A stretch of 63,712 nt of DNA, the filler included, from Welwitschia mirabilis (Eukaryota): NCBI GenBank assembly GCA_051453625.1. It is 5 parts of one record of this genome, joined end to end, with 100 filler letters (N's around TTAATTAATTAA, not from the genome) between each part and the next. Parts side by side here need not be neighbours in the genome. Positions count along the whole stretch, not along the records: positions 1 to 18,362 come from JBOZIK010000001.1; 4 more parts are not named here. The stretch is one strand, 5' to 3'. Of the stretch, positions 1 through 12,472 are shown one piece after another (the stretch's first letter is position 1; each line of letters begins with the position of its first letter). The notes beneath the pieces are model-generated. The model was not told the DNA's origin. It ran no database searches and worked only from the letters and a program-made list of their open reading frames with translations. Made by a program: the position numbers and the translations under genes.

Positions 1-1700
1 CCTCTAGGAGAGTAGTATATTTAGCCTTTGTAGTAGATATGGCTACGTAACTGCAAACAACATCCAGCTAATACCACCACCACTGACTGTAAAAACAAAT
101 CCTATTGTGGACTTCCTACAATCCATGCAACCAACAAAATTTGTATCTACATACGTAAAAGGTTCTAGAGATGAGCCTTCAAAGCATAAGGAGATGTGTT
201 GATTTGCCTTGATATATTGTAGAGCCCATTTGAGAACTTCTTAGTGAGCCCTTCTAGGATTGTTACGTTTCTAGAGATAGCTCATATTGCATATGTACTG
301 TTTGATTGGGTAGACACCATAGCATNNNNNNNNNNNNNNNNNNNNNNNNNNNNNNNNNNNNNNNNNNNNNNNNNNNNNNNNNNNNNNNNNNNNNNNNNNN
401 NNNNNNNNNNNNNNNNNNNNNNNNNNNNNAATTATGTAAAAATGGGATTACAATTGGACATATTAAATCTTTCCAATACCTTGTAATTATTCTGATTTAG
501 CCAGATCTTCTTGTTTGTTTCGACTCTTTGAATCCTTATCCCAAGAATTCTGTTGGCCTTTGCGAGATCGTTTGTGGCAAATTCCTTTACCATTTTGGCC
601 TTCAAACTGTTAATCTCACAGTTATCATTTCCTACATTCAACATATCATTAATATAGAGTGACAAAAGAGTGATTGATCTTGCAAGAGTTGTATGCAAAT
701 AGACACAGTGATTAGCCTACATCTCTAATACTTAGCCTACATCTCTAATACTTTGCTATCTATCAAACCTTTTATACCAATATCTAAGAGTTTGTTTTAG
801 ACCATAAAGACTCCTTTTAAATCTACACACTTGTTTTTCGTAACTTATAAAACCTTTACGCTACAACTTATAAATCTTTTCCACTAGATCATTGTGTAGC
901 AAAGGCAGTTTAATATCTCAATGCTCCAACTCAAGATCCATGAAGCAACAATTGCTAAAATAACTTGAATGGAAGTATGCTTAATAATAGGAGAGAAAAT
1001 CTTATTAAAATCATTACCTTTCTTCTAACCAAAGCATGTCAACATTGTGCCTATTTTCTCCATTGGCTTCCTCTCTTTATTTGTATACACACCTATTTTT
1101 CAAAGCTTTCTTTCTAGGTGGCAAGGAGACCAGTTCCCAAGTTTGACTCCATAGCAAAGATTCCATCTCTTCATTCATGTCATGCACCCCTCTTTCTACA
1201 TTTGGATAGGTAGTGGCTTCCTTATTAGACTTAGGTTCTTGTATATTAGTATACAGAATATGATGCAAAGAAAGTGAGTATCTAGAGGGAGGCTGCTCTG
1301 CCTGATAGAGCGCTTATCCTAATGAAATGGGTTTGCATAGCTTCTTCTTCTTAAACTTGTTTTGCTTTAGTTTCAGAAGGCATGTTCACATCATTAGCTT
1401 CTTCCTTTTCTTCTTTAGAATGTTGTTCTTTATGCTTTCAACGTCTAGGGTTTTCATAGATTTATGCAAGGTAACAGGATGAGAATCTCCCTTATCGTGA
1501 GTCCTTTTTGGTGGTTTGTAGAACATGTTGTCCTCACTAAAGGCTACCTCTTGTGATTTGATCTCTTTTTGCTTCATAAGTTTCCACAAACTATAGCCAT
1601 GGTCATCTCCACCATATTCAAGAAAGACACACTTTCTTGCACATTCTGCTTGTTTGGAAACATTTTGCAAGTAAGCATAAGCCTCACATCCAATAGTCAT
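1..1700 (-). mobile_element. Degenerate Ty1/Copia pol fragment (integrase C-terminus, RT, start of RNase H)
   Basis: Minus-strand remnants GCEAYAY..ARKCVFLEYG..GYSLW (1386-1700) and EPKS..EA..MNEEMESL..QTWELVSLPPRKKALKNRCVYK (1077-1268), ANRILGIRIQR (432-698), and a GGISW..VAISTTKAKY-like motif at ~15-80. Many stops and frameshifts. Confidence 0.9.
712..751. repeat. 20-bp tandem duplication
   Basis: ttagcctacatctctaatac occurs twice back to back. Confidence 0.9.
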
Positions 1701-2399
1701 AAGGTGTGCATAGGAAATAGAGCTCCCACTCCAATTAGATTGATGGAAGCCCCAAACAAGCTTTCAAAACTAGGACTCACAAGTTAGAAAGATAACTTCG
1801 AAAAATTAGATTGCATTGACATAATGCTTGATCAAAGCCCATAAAATAGCTTCTAATTTAAGAACAAGAAGTTTACAACATAAAAATTTAGAACTTTTCT
1901 CTCTTGTGCTTCAAGATCTCTCCTTTCTTTTTTCTTCTCTTTTGAATCTACAGTTCTCTTTCTTTTTCACTCCTCACCCCTCCCTCCTTCCCTTCTCGCT
2001 TCTCCCTTCTACAATGAAAATATTGTCGTACCTAACTTGGCTATAGAGCGCTCAATTGATAGGATGCATGAAGGTAGCCACTAGCTATGTCATGTTGGCT
2101 TGGTGTAGTCACTACCGACTGGCTGGGAAAACATCTAAATATCGATCAAACCTTGGCTGCATGGACATCAACATGTATGTGGAACATGCACTTGCACATG
2201 CACACTAAGCTCCAAATAGATTATTAGTGTTTCCTCTTCAAGGAACCCAAAGGACTTTTCCTCCGCCTAGTTGATTTCTAATGGTTGATATTGTTAATTG
2301 AATGCCTTTTGACCATTTTTCATCACACATGGGTGTTAACAAATTGTCTTTCGATGTCTTGGATGTTTATTATTGTTATTTGATTTATTTCTACATCGA

Positions 2400-4860
2400 T
2401 GAACATTTCTACCATGCTATTGGATGATGTGACTTCTCCTCTAGTGGATGCAAAAATACAAACGACAGTAATGAGCAAGGAAATTCTTTAGGTAAAGCCT
2501 TGGCCTTAGATGAATGAGACATTTGAGAAGACATGACCAAAGAAATGGCAAAAGCAACAACAAACATAAGTCCAAAGGTAGAGAAATGTACTACTGGTTT
2601 CATAATGAGAAAGGTCATATGAAAGAGGATTGTTGGACATACGAAAAGCAATAGGAAATGAAGTGAATGGTAAGAAGATAGAGGAGGAACGTCAAGGATA
2701 CACATGTTAGACTGATGGTGATCCGGGGTTGACATTCATTTGGATGGACTCATAATTAAAGTTTTATCAATATGTCATTGACAATGTCTAGATATTGGAT
2801 AGTGGTGCCTCTTTCACATTTGTTTAGACGGTAGACCCTAAGAATTTTAGTTCATATAAAGCTTGTGAATTTAGAATTAGTTAGAGTTTATGACTATAGA
2901 GAATGTAGGATACATGTAATGGTACTATCGTCCTGTGGTAGCAGAATGGTCCTTCTGTTACAATTAAAAATGTGAGACATGTTTCTAACATTACTAGAAA
3001 TATTACTCGAAATCTGCTACTAATTGATTAGTTCACAGTCTTGGCTGTAGGTTGTTTTTCCTAGAAGGCGTGCGGAATATAAACAAAGATGTTATGATGT
3101 TGCTAAATGATAAGAAGGAAGGTTCTTTGTAAATCATGTGTGCCAGGCCTACAAGTAGATAAGAACTAGGTACTCTTGTAGAGGATCCAAATCTATGGCA
3201 TAAGCATCTTGGACATTTTGGGCCTTCTCTCAAAATCCAATTCCGCATCTACTTTTGTTTCATTGGATTTCTAGCAAGAATGTGAAGTAGATAAGCCTCA
3301 TAGAGGCAACTTTAGAAGAGATGAGCATTTCAGAGGCAAAAATAAATTAGAATTAATCCATTTTGATGTTGTTAATCCTTTGAATTAAACGTCTCTTTGT
3401 AGTTTTTTGTTATTTTTCTACTTTTGTTAATGACTTTACTCGTAGCATTTGGGTATGTCCCGTTAAGAAAAACAACATAGTACAGGTGGAAATAGAAACA
3501 ATCTTATAAGGTGAAGAGATTGTTCATATATAATGGAGGTGAATATACCTTACATGCCCTTGTTAATTATTATGCTTAAAAGGGCATAATCCGCTCCCAT
3601 ACAACACCTATAAAACCACAACAAAATGGAATAGTAGAAAGGTGTAGCCAAACCTTATTGGAACATGGAAGGAGCACGATGGCTGGTGCAAATCTTCTCA
3701 AAAGTTTTTGGGTAAAGGTAGTTAGCACATTAACATATCTCATTAACGTGTCACCTCACTTAGCCTTTAGTGGATAGATTTCAAAAATCTTGTGGAAGGG
3801 AAAACCTATATTATATTAGCACTTGAAGGTCTTCGGTTGTGAAGCCTATGCCAATGTGCAAAAGTCCCATAGATCCAAGCTAGATGATAGAGTGTATAGG
3901 GGTATTTTTGTACAGTTTGGGGTGGGGGTTGACAAAAGCTTAAGATTTTGGGATCCCATGCGCCAACAAATTATCAAGTCTAGAGGTGTAAAGTATAGAG
4001 AAGATAACCCTTTCCATCTAAAGTAGGAGGAGAGTCATGATGTGGGAGTTTCTAACCCTCATGCTCAGCGGAAGCAACCTATTGTAGATAGCCCTTGGGT
4101 GCATGATGAAGAAGAACGACAAGAAACTGTTGTGCATGGAACTGATGATGCAACTCAGTGGCATGGGACAATAATGAATTAGATGAGGTTAGTGAATGAG
4201 AAGAAGAGGATGATTTAAATGAGTAGGTTGAAGAGTGGGAAGAACTAGACATGCTTTGTCATAAGATTCCTTCCCACTAGATAAGAAAATCAACTAGAGT
4301 TCCAAAATAGGTAGATAGTTAGTCTTGTTCCTTAAATTGTCTCGTGTACAAATGGATGTGAACTAAACATTCTTGTAGAAGCTAGATGTTGCAGTAAAAC
4401 GAAGCAGTGGGAAAAGGCAATAGAATAAGAATGGAAGTCCCTTATAGGTAATCATACATGGCACTTAATGCTATTGCGAAAAGGTAAGAAAGCCTTACAT
4501 AATAGATGCCTTTTTAGGTTAAAATAGATTTGCATGATCCCATAAGGTACAAAGCAAGACCGGTGATGAAGGGGTATTCTAAGAAACTAGGGATAGATTT
4601 TACAAAGATCTTTCTCCTGTTTTTAGACATTCTTCAATTAGAATTTTGCTATCTTGAGTTACTTGTTTGGGTTTGGAGTTGAAGCAGCCAGATGTCAAAA
4701 TTGCATTTCTGAATGGGGATTTAGAAGAAGAAATATACATGCATCAACTAAAGGTCTTCTTGATTTGAAGCATCCAGATTTAGTATGCAGATTGAAGAAG
4801 AGTTTGCATGTGGATTTGGATAATCCTTGCCAAGATATATAAGGGGCAAAGGAAATTGTT
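2400..4860 (+). mobile_element. Degenerate Ty1/Copia gag-pol
   Basis: Zinc-knuckle remnant (KGHMKEDCW, ~2610-2637), protease LDSGASF (~2796), LWHKHLGH (~3193), integrase PQQNGIVER (~3615), KVFGCEAYA..RSKLDDR (3823-4026), and RT remnants 4400-4850. Confidence 0.88.
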
Positions 4861-4869
4861 GAGCATTCA

Positions 4870-5662
4870 TTTTGCAAGGAAAAGGTCTGAAATGATCCAA
4901 CATAAGTGAGGCAATAGGAAAGTTAACATGCAAAAATTGACATTCAAACCAAGTTATCTAACCAATTTAGCTTAGTGGAAGACATTAAAATTACCCTTTT
5001 ATCATGAAATTATGTCTCCTACCATTTTAAACATGATTTGTGAACTTATCATTTTCCCCATGACATTTTCAAGCTATTTACTGCCTTTTGAAGGAAATGC
5101 TAAAAGTTGAAGGTCATCCAAACAAAAATTTCGTAATTGTCGTCCAGGTCATTGATGCCGTTGGTCCTTTGGAGCAGAACACTTCAAACATTATGTTCTG
5201 GATCTATCATGAAAAGATAAGCAAAATGCAGTTAATGGGCCTAATCAGTTACTATATCAAAAAATAACTGGCATCTTCAATGACACATGGTGGTGCTGCG
5301 GAAGACACTTAGTAGCGATATGTGGCAGTGTTAAGTGAGATGACATGGGAAACACCTGGCAATATCAGTGGCTGACAGAAGCCTCAACATCCAAAGGCCA
5401 CGTGTTAGACTTATCATGATGATCCTCATGTAGCACAAGAAGACAAAGATTCTACCTAAAGCTACATGACAAACTTTGTATTCATCTAACACTACAAGCC
5501 AAAGGCTTTCAACCACCCTATCCCATACTCACCTATAAAAGTGCCTTGAGCCCTCATTTGTAATGATCCTTTGGTTGGCGAACATAAGAGAAATCCTTGG
5601 AGCATCACAATCAACATGGCCTTCTAAGCACCTTCTTTGGGAGTAGACTTGTTCCAAGGCTA
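4870..5662 (+). mobile_element. LTR-like sequence related to the insert at ~7190-8285
   Basis: 4945-5200 is homologous to the reverse complement of ~8010-8265 (aaccaatttagcttag; cctttggagca.aacactt). TATA-like ctataaaa at 5533. Confidence 0.55.
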
Positions 5663-6118
5663 NNNNNNNNNNNNNNNNNNNNNNNNNNNNNNNNNNNNNN
5701 NNNNNNNNNNNNNNNNNNNNNNNNNNNNNNNNNNNNNNNNNNNNNNNNNNNNNNNNNNNNNNTTCAAGGAGTCTATACCAAATTCATCCTCTTTCTTTGA
5801 TGTACTGTACTTTTCTGATTTAATAGGAGTAGTTGTTCACTTTTGGTTTTGAGTTGGGAATAGCTTCATACTTCTAATGTTTAAGTGAAAACTGAATTAT
5901 CAAATTATATCATTAACTGAGTGAATTCCTTAAGTTAGTTGGTTGTAGTTACTTTTATTTGATGGATTTGGAGTACTTTAGTGCTTACTTTATGTACTTA
6001 TGAAAAGTCTATGAAGGANNNNNNNNNNNNNNNNNNNNNNNNNNNNNNNNNNNNNNNNNNNNNNNNNNNNNNNNNNNNNNNNNNNNNNNNNNNNNNNNNN
6101 NNNNNNNNNNNNNNNNNN

Positions 6119-6248
6119 TTCCCTTTTTCATTCTAATAAGAGATCTCTGCATTGCTTCCGTGCTTTTTTCCTACATTGTGGTTTTCCACGTAAATCTGGT
6201 GTCTTGATATTTGCATTTTGTTTTTGCTCTGCTGCATTTTTTCTAACA
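6119..6248 (+). mobile_element. 3' part of the ~390-bp Copia-type LTR (family A)
   Basis: Ends ...ttttctaaca and matches the reverse complement of 11487-11610. Its left side is lost in an N gap. Confidence 0.85.
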
Positions 6249-6294
6249 TCTTTATGTGCCATTATTATCTTGTACATTGTTTTGATGCATCTCT

Positions 6295-8570
6295 TACCCC
6301 CAAGTTGGATACTTCACACTTAGAGCGTCAAACTTCGCACACCTCCAGATGTTTGTTTATTAACTTAGAGTCCGTGGTTTGTGGCTCACGACCAACATTA
6401 CAAGGCTTAGTGCAATGAGCTGCTCCTCCCAAGGTAGCATACTCACAACCAAGGTGTTTTTCTCAAGAGCACACCTGAGTGCCACACCTGGCACAATACA
6501 ACTTTGGAATCCAAACTGAACCCAACAACATGTAGGCCTCCCAAGGGCCAAAACAACAAGAATAATAACAGTGTGTGGAATAATAGAGATTCTAAGTAAT
6601 CTGATTTCCATCTCAAAGTACAGTAATAACAAAACCTACAAAGGAAGTTTGAAGAACAATAAATGAATGAGACTAAAGAACACAACTTGCTTGCTTATTG
6701 GGAAGAAGAGTAGAGAGAATGAGATTCAATTCTACTCCTTTTTCCTTCTCATCTTCACTATGCAGCGGTAGTGGGAATCCTCCTTTGAGAGGGAGATAAA
6801 TCATTTGCTGTCCTGAGAATCCCTTGCTGTTATGATTCTTTCTGATCTGACATTTTGTTTCCTTTAGTTCTTTGCTAGAGATTTGTGTCAACAATCTATT
6901 TCCAAAATCTGTTTCAATCGATCTTGTTCCAACTTTGCTTTTGTTAAAGGTTTTTGTTTCCTTCTTATACTGGACCCCTTTGCTAGGTTTTCCTTGAAGG
7001 ACGACATGCAAATGGTTAGATCCGCGCCCTTCAATGACTAATTTCTCTTTCACTTTTAACATGTTGTAGACGTCCTCAAAAAGTGTAGATGTCTTTAGAT
7101 GTAGTAGATGTCTTCATCAAGTGTAGATGTGTCAGTCTGTAGCCGTTCTATCCTCATTTCAGTTAAGATGTCTTCATGTGTTGTAGATGTTTGTGTATGG
7201 CTTTTATAATTAATAACTCAAGACCCTCATAGTAGAGTCCTGATGTCATTCTTTCTATAGGGATAAATTGTGGTAGAAACTAAAGAGGGAGAACACAGAA
7301 TTCTCTAAACTTGCAATGATTCAAAACAAACCGAAAATTGAGAGTGAGATGAGATTTGAACTTGAATGGTGAAGTAGGGAAACAAGCTTTTTATCGTCCA
7401 ACAGCAAAACCTTCACTCCAACAATACACTGTAAATTCCTGAAATAAAGCTTAAATTGTTGAATCATGATGGCTCGGATTGTGGTGACATAATCTCATTT
7501 CCCACATGAGTATTGGTGAATTCCTTAATCACTTTTGTCCTTCATAGCCTTTCATAAGCATGGAAAGTAAGAATAAAAATGCTCAAGATCCATCAACAAA
7601 ATAACTACAACGAAGAAGTAAACTTAGGGAACTCACTCGGTAACAAAAGAACTCTAACAATGTAGTCTCATTCAAGTATTAAAAGTGTAAAGCTAATTGC
7701 ACTCAAAATCAAGGATGAATAACTACTATTTCATGAAAATGTAGGAACCCCATTACATTGAAGGAAGAAAGTAAAACTGATAGAGACTCCTCAAAGCTAG
7801 CCCGCTCCCAAAGGGAGAGCTTAGAAAGCCATGTCAACAATTGACCCTTTTTATAGGCCAAAATAAGGTTAGGGTTCTAAGATTAGGGTTTTACGTCTTA
7901 GGGTTTTCAATTGGAAATTTAACACTTTTACGCCACACAATTTGTTGGAGTTTGTTGCTGTAACTGTCTAACCCCATAAGCGGAAATTGATCGCTTTCCT
8001 GAGACAACTCCATAATGTAGCTTTGGAAGTGTTTTGCTCCAAAGGACAGACGACACTAGTGACCTGGATGGTGGTGCCGATGTTCTCTGCTGAATGATCT
8101 TTAAATTTTGATATGTCGTCCCTAGAGCAGCATTTACTTGGAATTATCATGGAAAAGTGCGTAAGTTCAGAAATCATATTGAAAAGGGCCGAAGACATAA
8201 CTTTATGATAAAACAACTAATTTAATATCTTCGCCTAAGCTAAATTGGTTAAATAGACTTGGTCTAAGTTTTAACCTTTACATGTTATTAGTAGACATCT
8301 TCGATGTGTGTAGACATCTTCAGCCCTCAGCAGATTTTGTCGCTGCCTCATTTTATTTGTGACGTCATCATCTCTAATAGATGTCTTCTGTCAAGCTCCT
8401 ATGAATTAGCCGAGATGTCTTCAATTGTTGTAGACATCTTCAAAATCTGTTGACTTTTTCTAAAGATTGTTCATTACATTTAGCCTAGACATCTTCTTTT
8501 TTGTAGCTATATGAAGGTATAATAGATATGTTCAGTGCAAGCTCTTAAACCCATTCTTGATGAGCAAGCT
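6295..8570 (-). mobile_element. Truncated Sirevirus-like LTR homologous to 13552-15167, interrupted by an insertion
   Basis: 6295-7190 aligns by eye with ~13680-14640, and 8290-8570 with ~14650-14960. Both carry repeated AGA(C/T)GTCT motifs. Confidence 0.8.
7190..8285 (-). mobile_element. ~1.1-kb insertion (probable solo LTR) nested in the Sirevirus-like LTR
   Basis: Absent from the homologous LTR at 13552-15167. Ends ...tttaca at 8282 and is homologous, inverted, to 4945-5200. No clean TSD. Confidence 0.65.
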
Positions 8571-11486
8571 AATCAAGAATGGGTGCCCGAAAGTTTGAGT
8601 TCCACAGTTTGAGTGCAGTGGAACTATGAAATCATGTCCTTGCATATGATAAAATCAATATCTATTTGTATGCTGGATAACAGGTAATATACTACAAATG
8701 CTTGCATAGTTGTACAGTAACTATAGCTATTTGCTCTGACTAGAATGTTATAAAATACAACCAAACTTAAAGAGAAGCATCAAGAGTCATATCTTTTCTT
8801 TCTAATTGTTCCTCAAGCGTAACTTATGGTTGTTCGAAAATGTGAGATGTAAGCTTTGTTCTCGTTACTTTTACTGCTTTATTTGTAAAAATGCTTTTGA
8901 AAGTCGAGAATTAAACTTGAGGAGCATTTGTAGAATTTATCCTAAGTGGATTATTTAAGAATTGCAGAGAAGTGCACAAGGTTTTTTCACTTAACTTGGG
9001 TAGAGAATGGTCCTTGCTCATTATCTATTTTCATGAATGTTGCACTATAACTCTCTAACCACTTGCTTTGGAATGCTTTATGTGAGGTCAACAAGTTTCT
9101 GCCATCCAAGATCTTCAAAGAACTATCAAATCTGTGCCTATTTGTTTGGTCTAAACCCCAAAGTCCTTTCTGTGGTATTGTTGACAGATTTGCAACTTGT
9201 ATATCTTTTTGCTGCACTGGAGTTTACAAAATGGGTTCATATCAGTTCTTTTGGGCCACATCTTTTCCCTTTTTGGCTTTTGTAGCCTTCCTGGACCCTG
9301 CTCTGCTTTTTGTTTTAACCATTTTGACTGAATGCTGACCCAAAAATTGAAGAAAGAATACAAAACTGAAAACTAAACAGAGACTAGAGTTTTCTGAAAA
9401 GGAATGACACGTTAGATCAAATAGGAGATGTCTGGGGCTGTAGAAATCTTCGAGCTAAGAGCAGAAGACCTTTGAGAGGTAGACGTCTAACTTGAGAGGC
9501 TTCAAAATGACAAGTTTGGAAGAGGGTTTTTTTTTTATTTTTTACTTTTTTAAAAGAGATGTCTAACCCTATTTATTATTGTGTTTTTACCTAGGTAGTA
9601 GATGTCTTTAGACATGTAGATATCTAAAAACGACTCTTATATATGTCCATGATCAGAGGAGACATCTTTGCTGAAATGGCTGAGAAAAGTATGGCTTTGA
9701 CAGTAGACGTCTATGGCATATAGAGACGTCTACCTAAATGGAAGATGTCTGTGCAGAACTTTCCTAGAAACCATTGAAACATAGGCAATCAATTTACAAA
9801 GTTATCTTGAGGAAGACAAGATGCAAGAGACAAGTTTGAGTGGTAGACGTCTACACTTTTCGAAGACGTCTATCACATGTAGAGACGTCCATGGAAGATG
9901 TCTACATGAAAATGCATAGAAAAACTTATCTGATGACGCAACATTCAAGATGATCCTAGATTAGTGCAAGACAACTCTAGATAAGTAAGAATTTGCCATA
10001 AAAATCCACTAGAGTTGATAGGAAGTCATGTACTTGTAACTTACCTGATTGGGCAAGGCCCAATCTCCAAGCTTTGGCCCTGGTCAATTCCTCCTGTGTA
10101 GCCATCAGCTGGTTTCCATTATCCTCAACATCTCAGTGTTGCATATCTCCTTTTGCCACATGAAACCGATGTTTAGCCTCGGACAACATGTTTATGGCAA
10201 CTTGTATCTCTAAATTCAGTTCCAGATTTTGTAACTCTCCTCGCATGTTCTTCTCTTCCTTTTCTTTTTCCATAATACAGTCATGTGTTAGGGTGAGCAA
10301 CTGTTTTTCATTTATTAACTCCGTGCATCTTCTTTTTAAATCATCCTCTCCATTGACTAAAAAGGAGGTCTTTTTCTAGAAACTCTGTCTTCTATGTGCA
10401 AGCATACTCATCATCTCATTGATAACTTTTGTTGTGCCCTTAACATGATATATGGCTGACTCCTTTCCTATTTGTACTTGTCTTAGTTTCTTCTTAGGCT
10501 CCTTTTTATAAGCTCCTTTTGACTAATGCTTAACAACATTCTTAGTTCTCCTTTAGCTTTGTAGCCCCTCTTTTTCTCTTCCAGAATTTTAGCTTGTAAA
10601 TCATCCAATAGAATGTTCACATCTTCTAGCTTTTTGTGTCCAATCTTTGAAATACTTGTAGTACTAAGTAAACACTTTACATCTCTGATTGGAGCCTCAG
10701 TGTTGTCACATACATGCTCTTTCATGGTTGGTAACGCTATCTGAGCAAGAAGAGCATTGTTGCATTGCTTTGGGACCCATTTCTTCTTATAGTTTGCTTG
10801 TATAGATTTCTTAACCTATCTCTTTGGCTTGGCTATGATAAGCATAATAGCATTTGTTAAAGAGCAAGAGGCAATTATTCTTATAGTGCCCTCTTCCATG
10901 AATATAAAAGAAGGTAATACTATTTGTGTACACTGGATGTTCATATCTTGGCCTGTACTTTTATTTTGAGAAGAGGTTTTGTGTGTTGCCCTTTGGTTGA
11001 CTTGTTGATGCTTCATTTTTGCTAGTCCTCTTTTGTCATTTGGCCTTCTTCCTTCATCAAGCATGATGCTCAAGATTCTCTTGCCTTGTGTGAACCTTTC
11101 ATTAATGTACTTGGTGTCTTGTAGTTCTTGTTTCACATCCTTTAGCTCAATCGTTAGTTTAGTAATCTTAGCCTTGAGAGAAAGATTCTTGCTTGTTAAC
11201 TTAAAACAAGAATTCTTTTCTTGTTCATTGGCTAACTCACAACTATTAAGTAGCTTTTTCATTTTGGTACATAATTTCTGCAAATTGATGAACGCTTCAA
11301 TATTTAAGTCACACTTTCCCTAAAGAGCTAACTCACCTTCTTCCTCACTTCGGGCATTAAGGTCATCACATGTGTCAAAATCCCTGTCATCAGTGCTGGA
11401 GTTGTCATAGACTATTGGCATGAATGATGGATGGGTGTTTCGGTTCTTGTCATCTTAGACTTCCTCCTCAATGACATCTTTGTCAT

Positions 11487-12472
11487 TGTTAGAAAAATGT
11501 AGGAGAGCAAAAGCAAAATGCAAACATCAATACCCGATTTACGTGGAAAACCCCAATGTGGGGAAAAACCACGAAAGCAATGCAGAGCTCTCTATTAGAA
11601 TGAAAAAGGGCAAGGACACAAGCCGTCCTCAATAGCCAATTTGATAACTCTTGACTCCCACACACCTTATGGCATTCCATTCTTCTACTCTGCTTACATA
11701 GATTTTCTTTTAGGGTAGAAACCCTAATCCCAACTTCTAGAACTTTCTAGATGACCTCATTAAACTTCCCTTCTTCCTTTAATATCAAATTACTATAAAA
11801 AGGGGACTATATAATAATATATAGAGTCACACCACAAAGGAATAAATAACATCAAGAAATTTTGCTTCACTTCCAACAGGAGGTACTTGATATAAGCGTC
11901 TTGGGCATCTAAGCGAAACAGGTCTACAGATACTTATTTCTAAAGGTTTATTACCTAATGTTTCCCTCTCTTCTGATTTCTGTTCAGATTGTATGATTGG
12001 TAAAAATAGAAGAGTGAATTTTAGAAAAATAGTAGGCGTTTAAAACAACATAGATTAGAATTAATTCATTCTGATTTAATTGGCCCCATTGGACACACCT
12101 CTTTGGGGGATGCTATATANNNNNNNNNNNNNNNNNNNNNNNNNNNNNNNNNNNNNNNNNNNNNNNNNNNNNNNNNNNNNNNNNNNNNNNNNNNNNNNNN
12201 NNNNNNNNNNNNNNNNNNNGTCCTCAATAGCCAATCTTACAAATATGGACTCCCACACACATTATGACATTCCATGCTTCGACTCTCTTTACATAGATTT
12301 TCTTTTAGGGTAGAAACCCTAACCCTAACTTCTAGAACTTTTTAGATGACCCCATTAGATTCCCTTCTGCCTTTAATATTAAATTACAATAAGAAGGGGA
12401 CTATATAAAAATATATAAAGTCAAACTACAAAGGGATAAATAACATCAAGAGATTTGGCTTCACTCCCAACA
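11487..12472 (-). mobile_element. Family-A LTR insertion (two LTR copies around a gap) with a perfect 5-bp TSD, nested in the Sirevirus gag
   Basis: TGTTAG..CCAACA at 11487-11878 and a second partial copy at 12220-12472. GTCAT occurs at both 11482-11486 and 12473-12477. Confidence 0.85.
11879..12119 (+). pseudogene. Copia integrase N-terminal (HHCC zinc-binding) fragment
   Basis: YKRLGHLSETGLQILISKGLLP..FCSDCMIGK..RLELIHSDLIGP. Confidence 0.85.
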
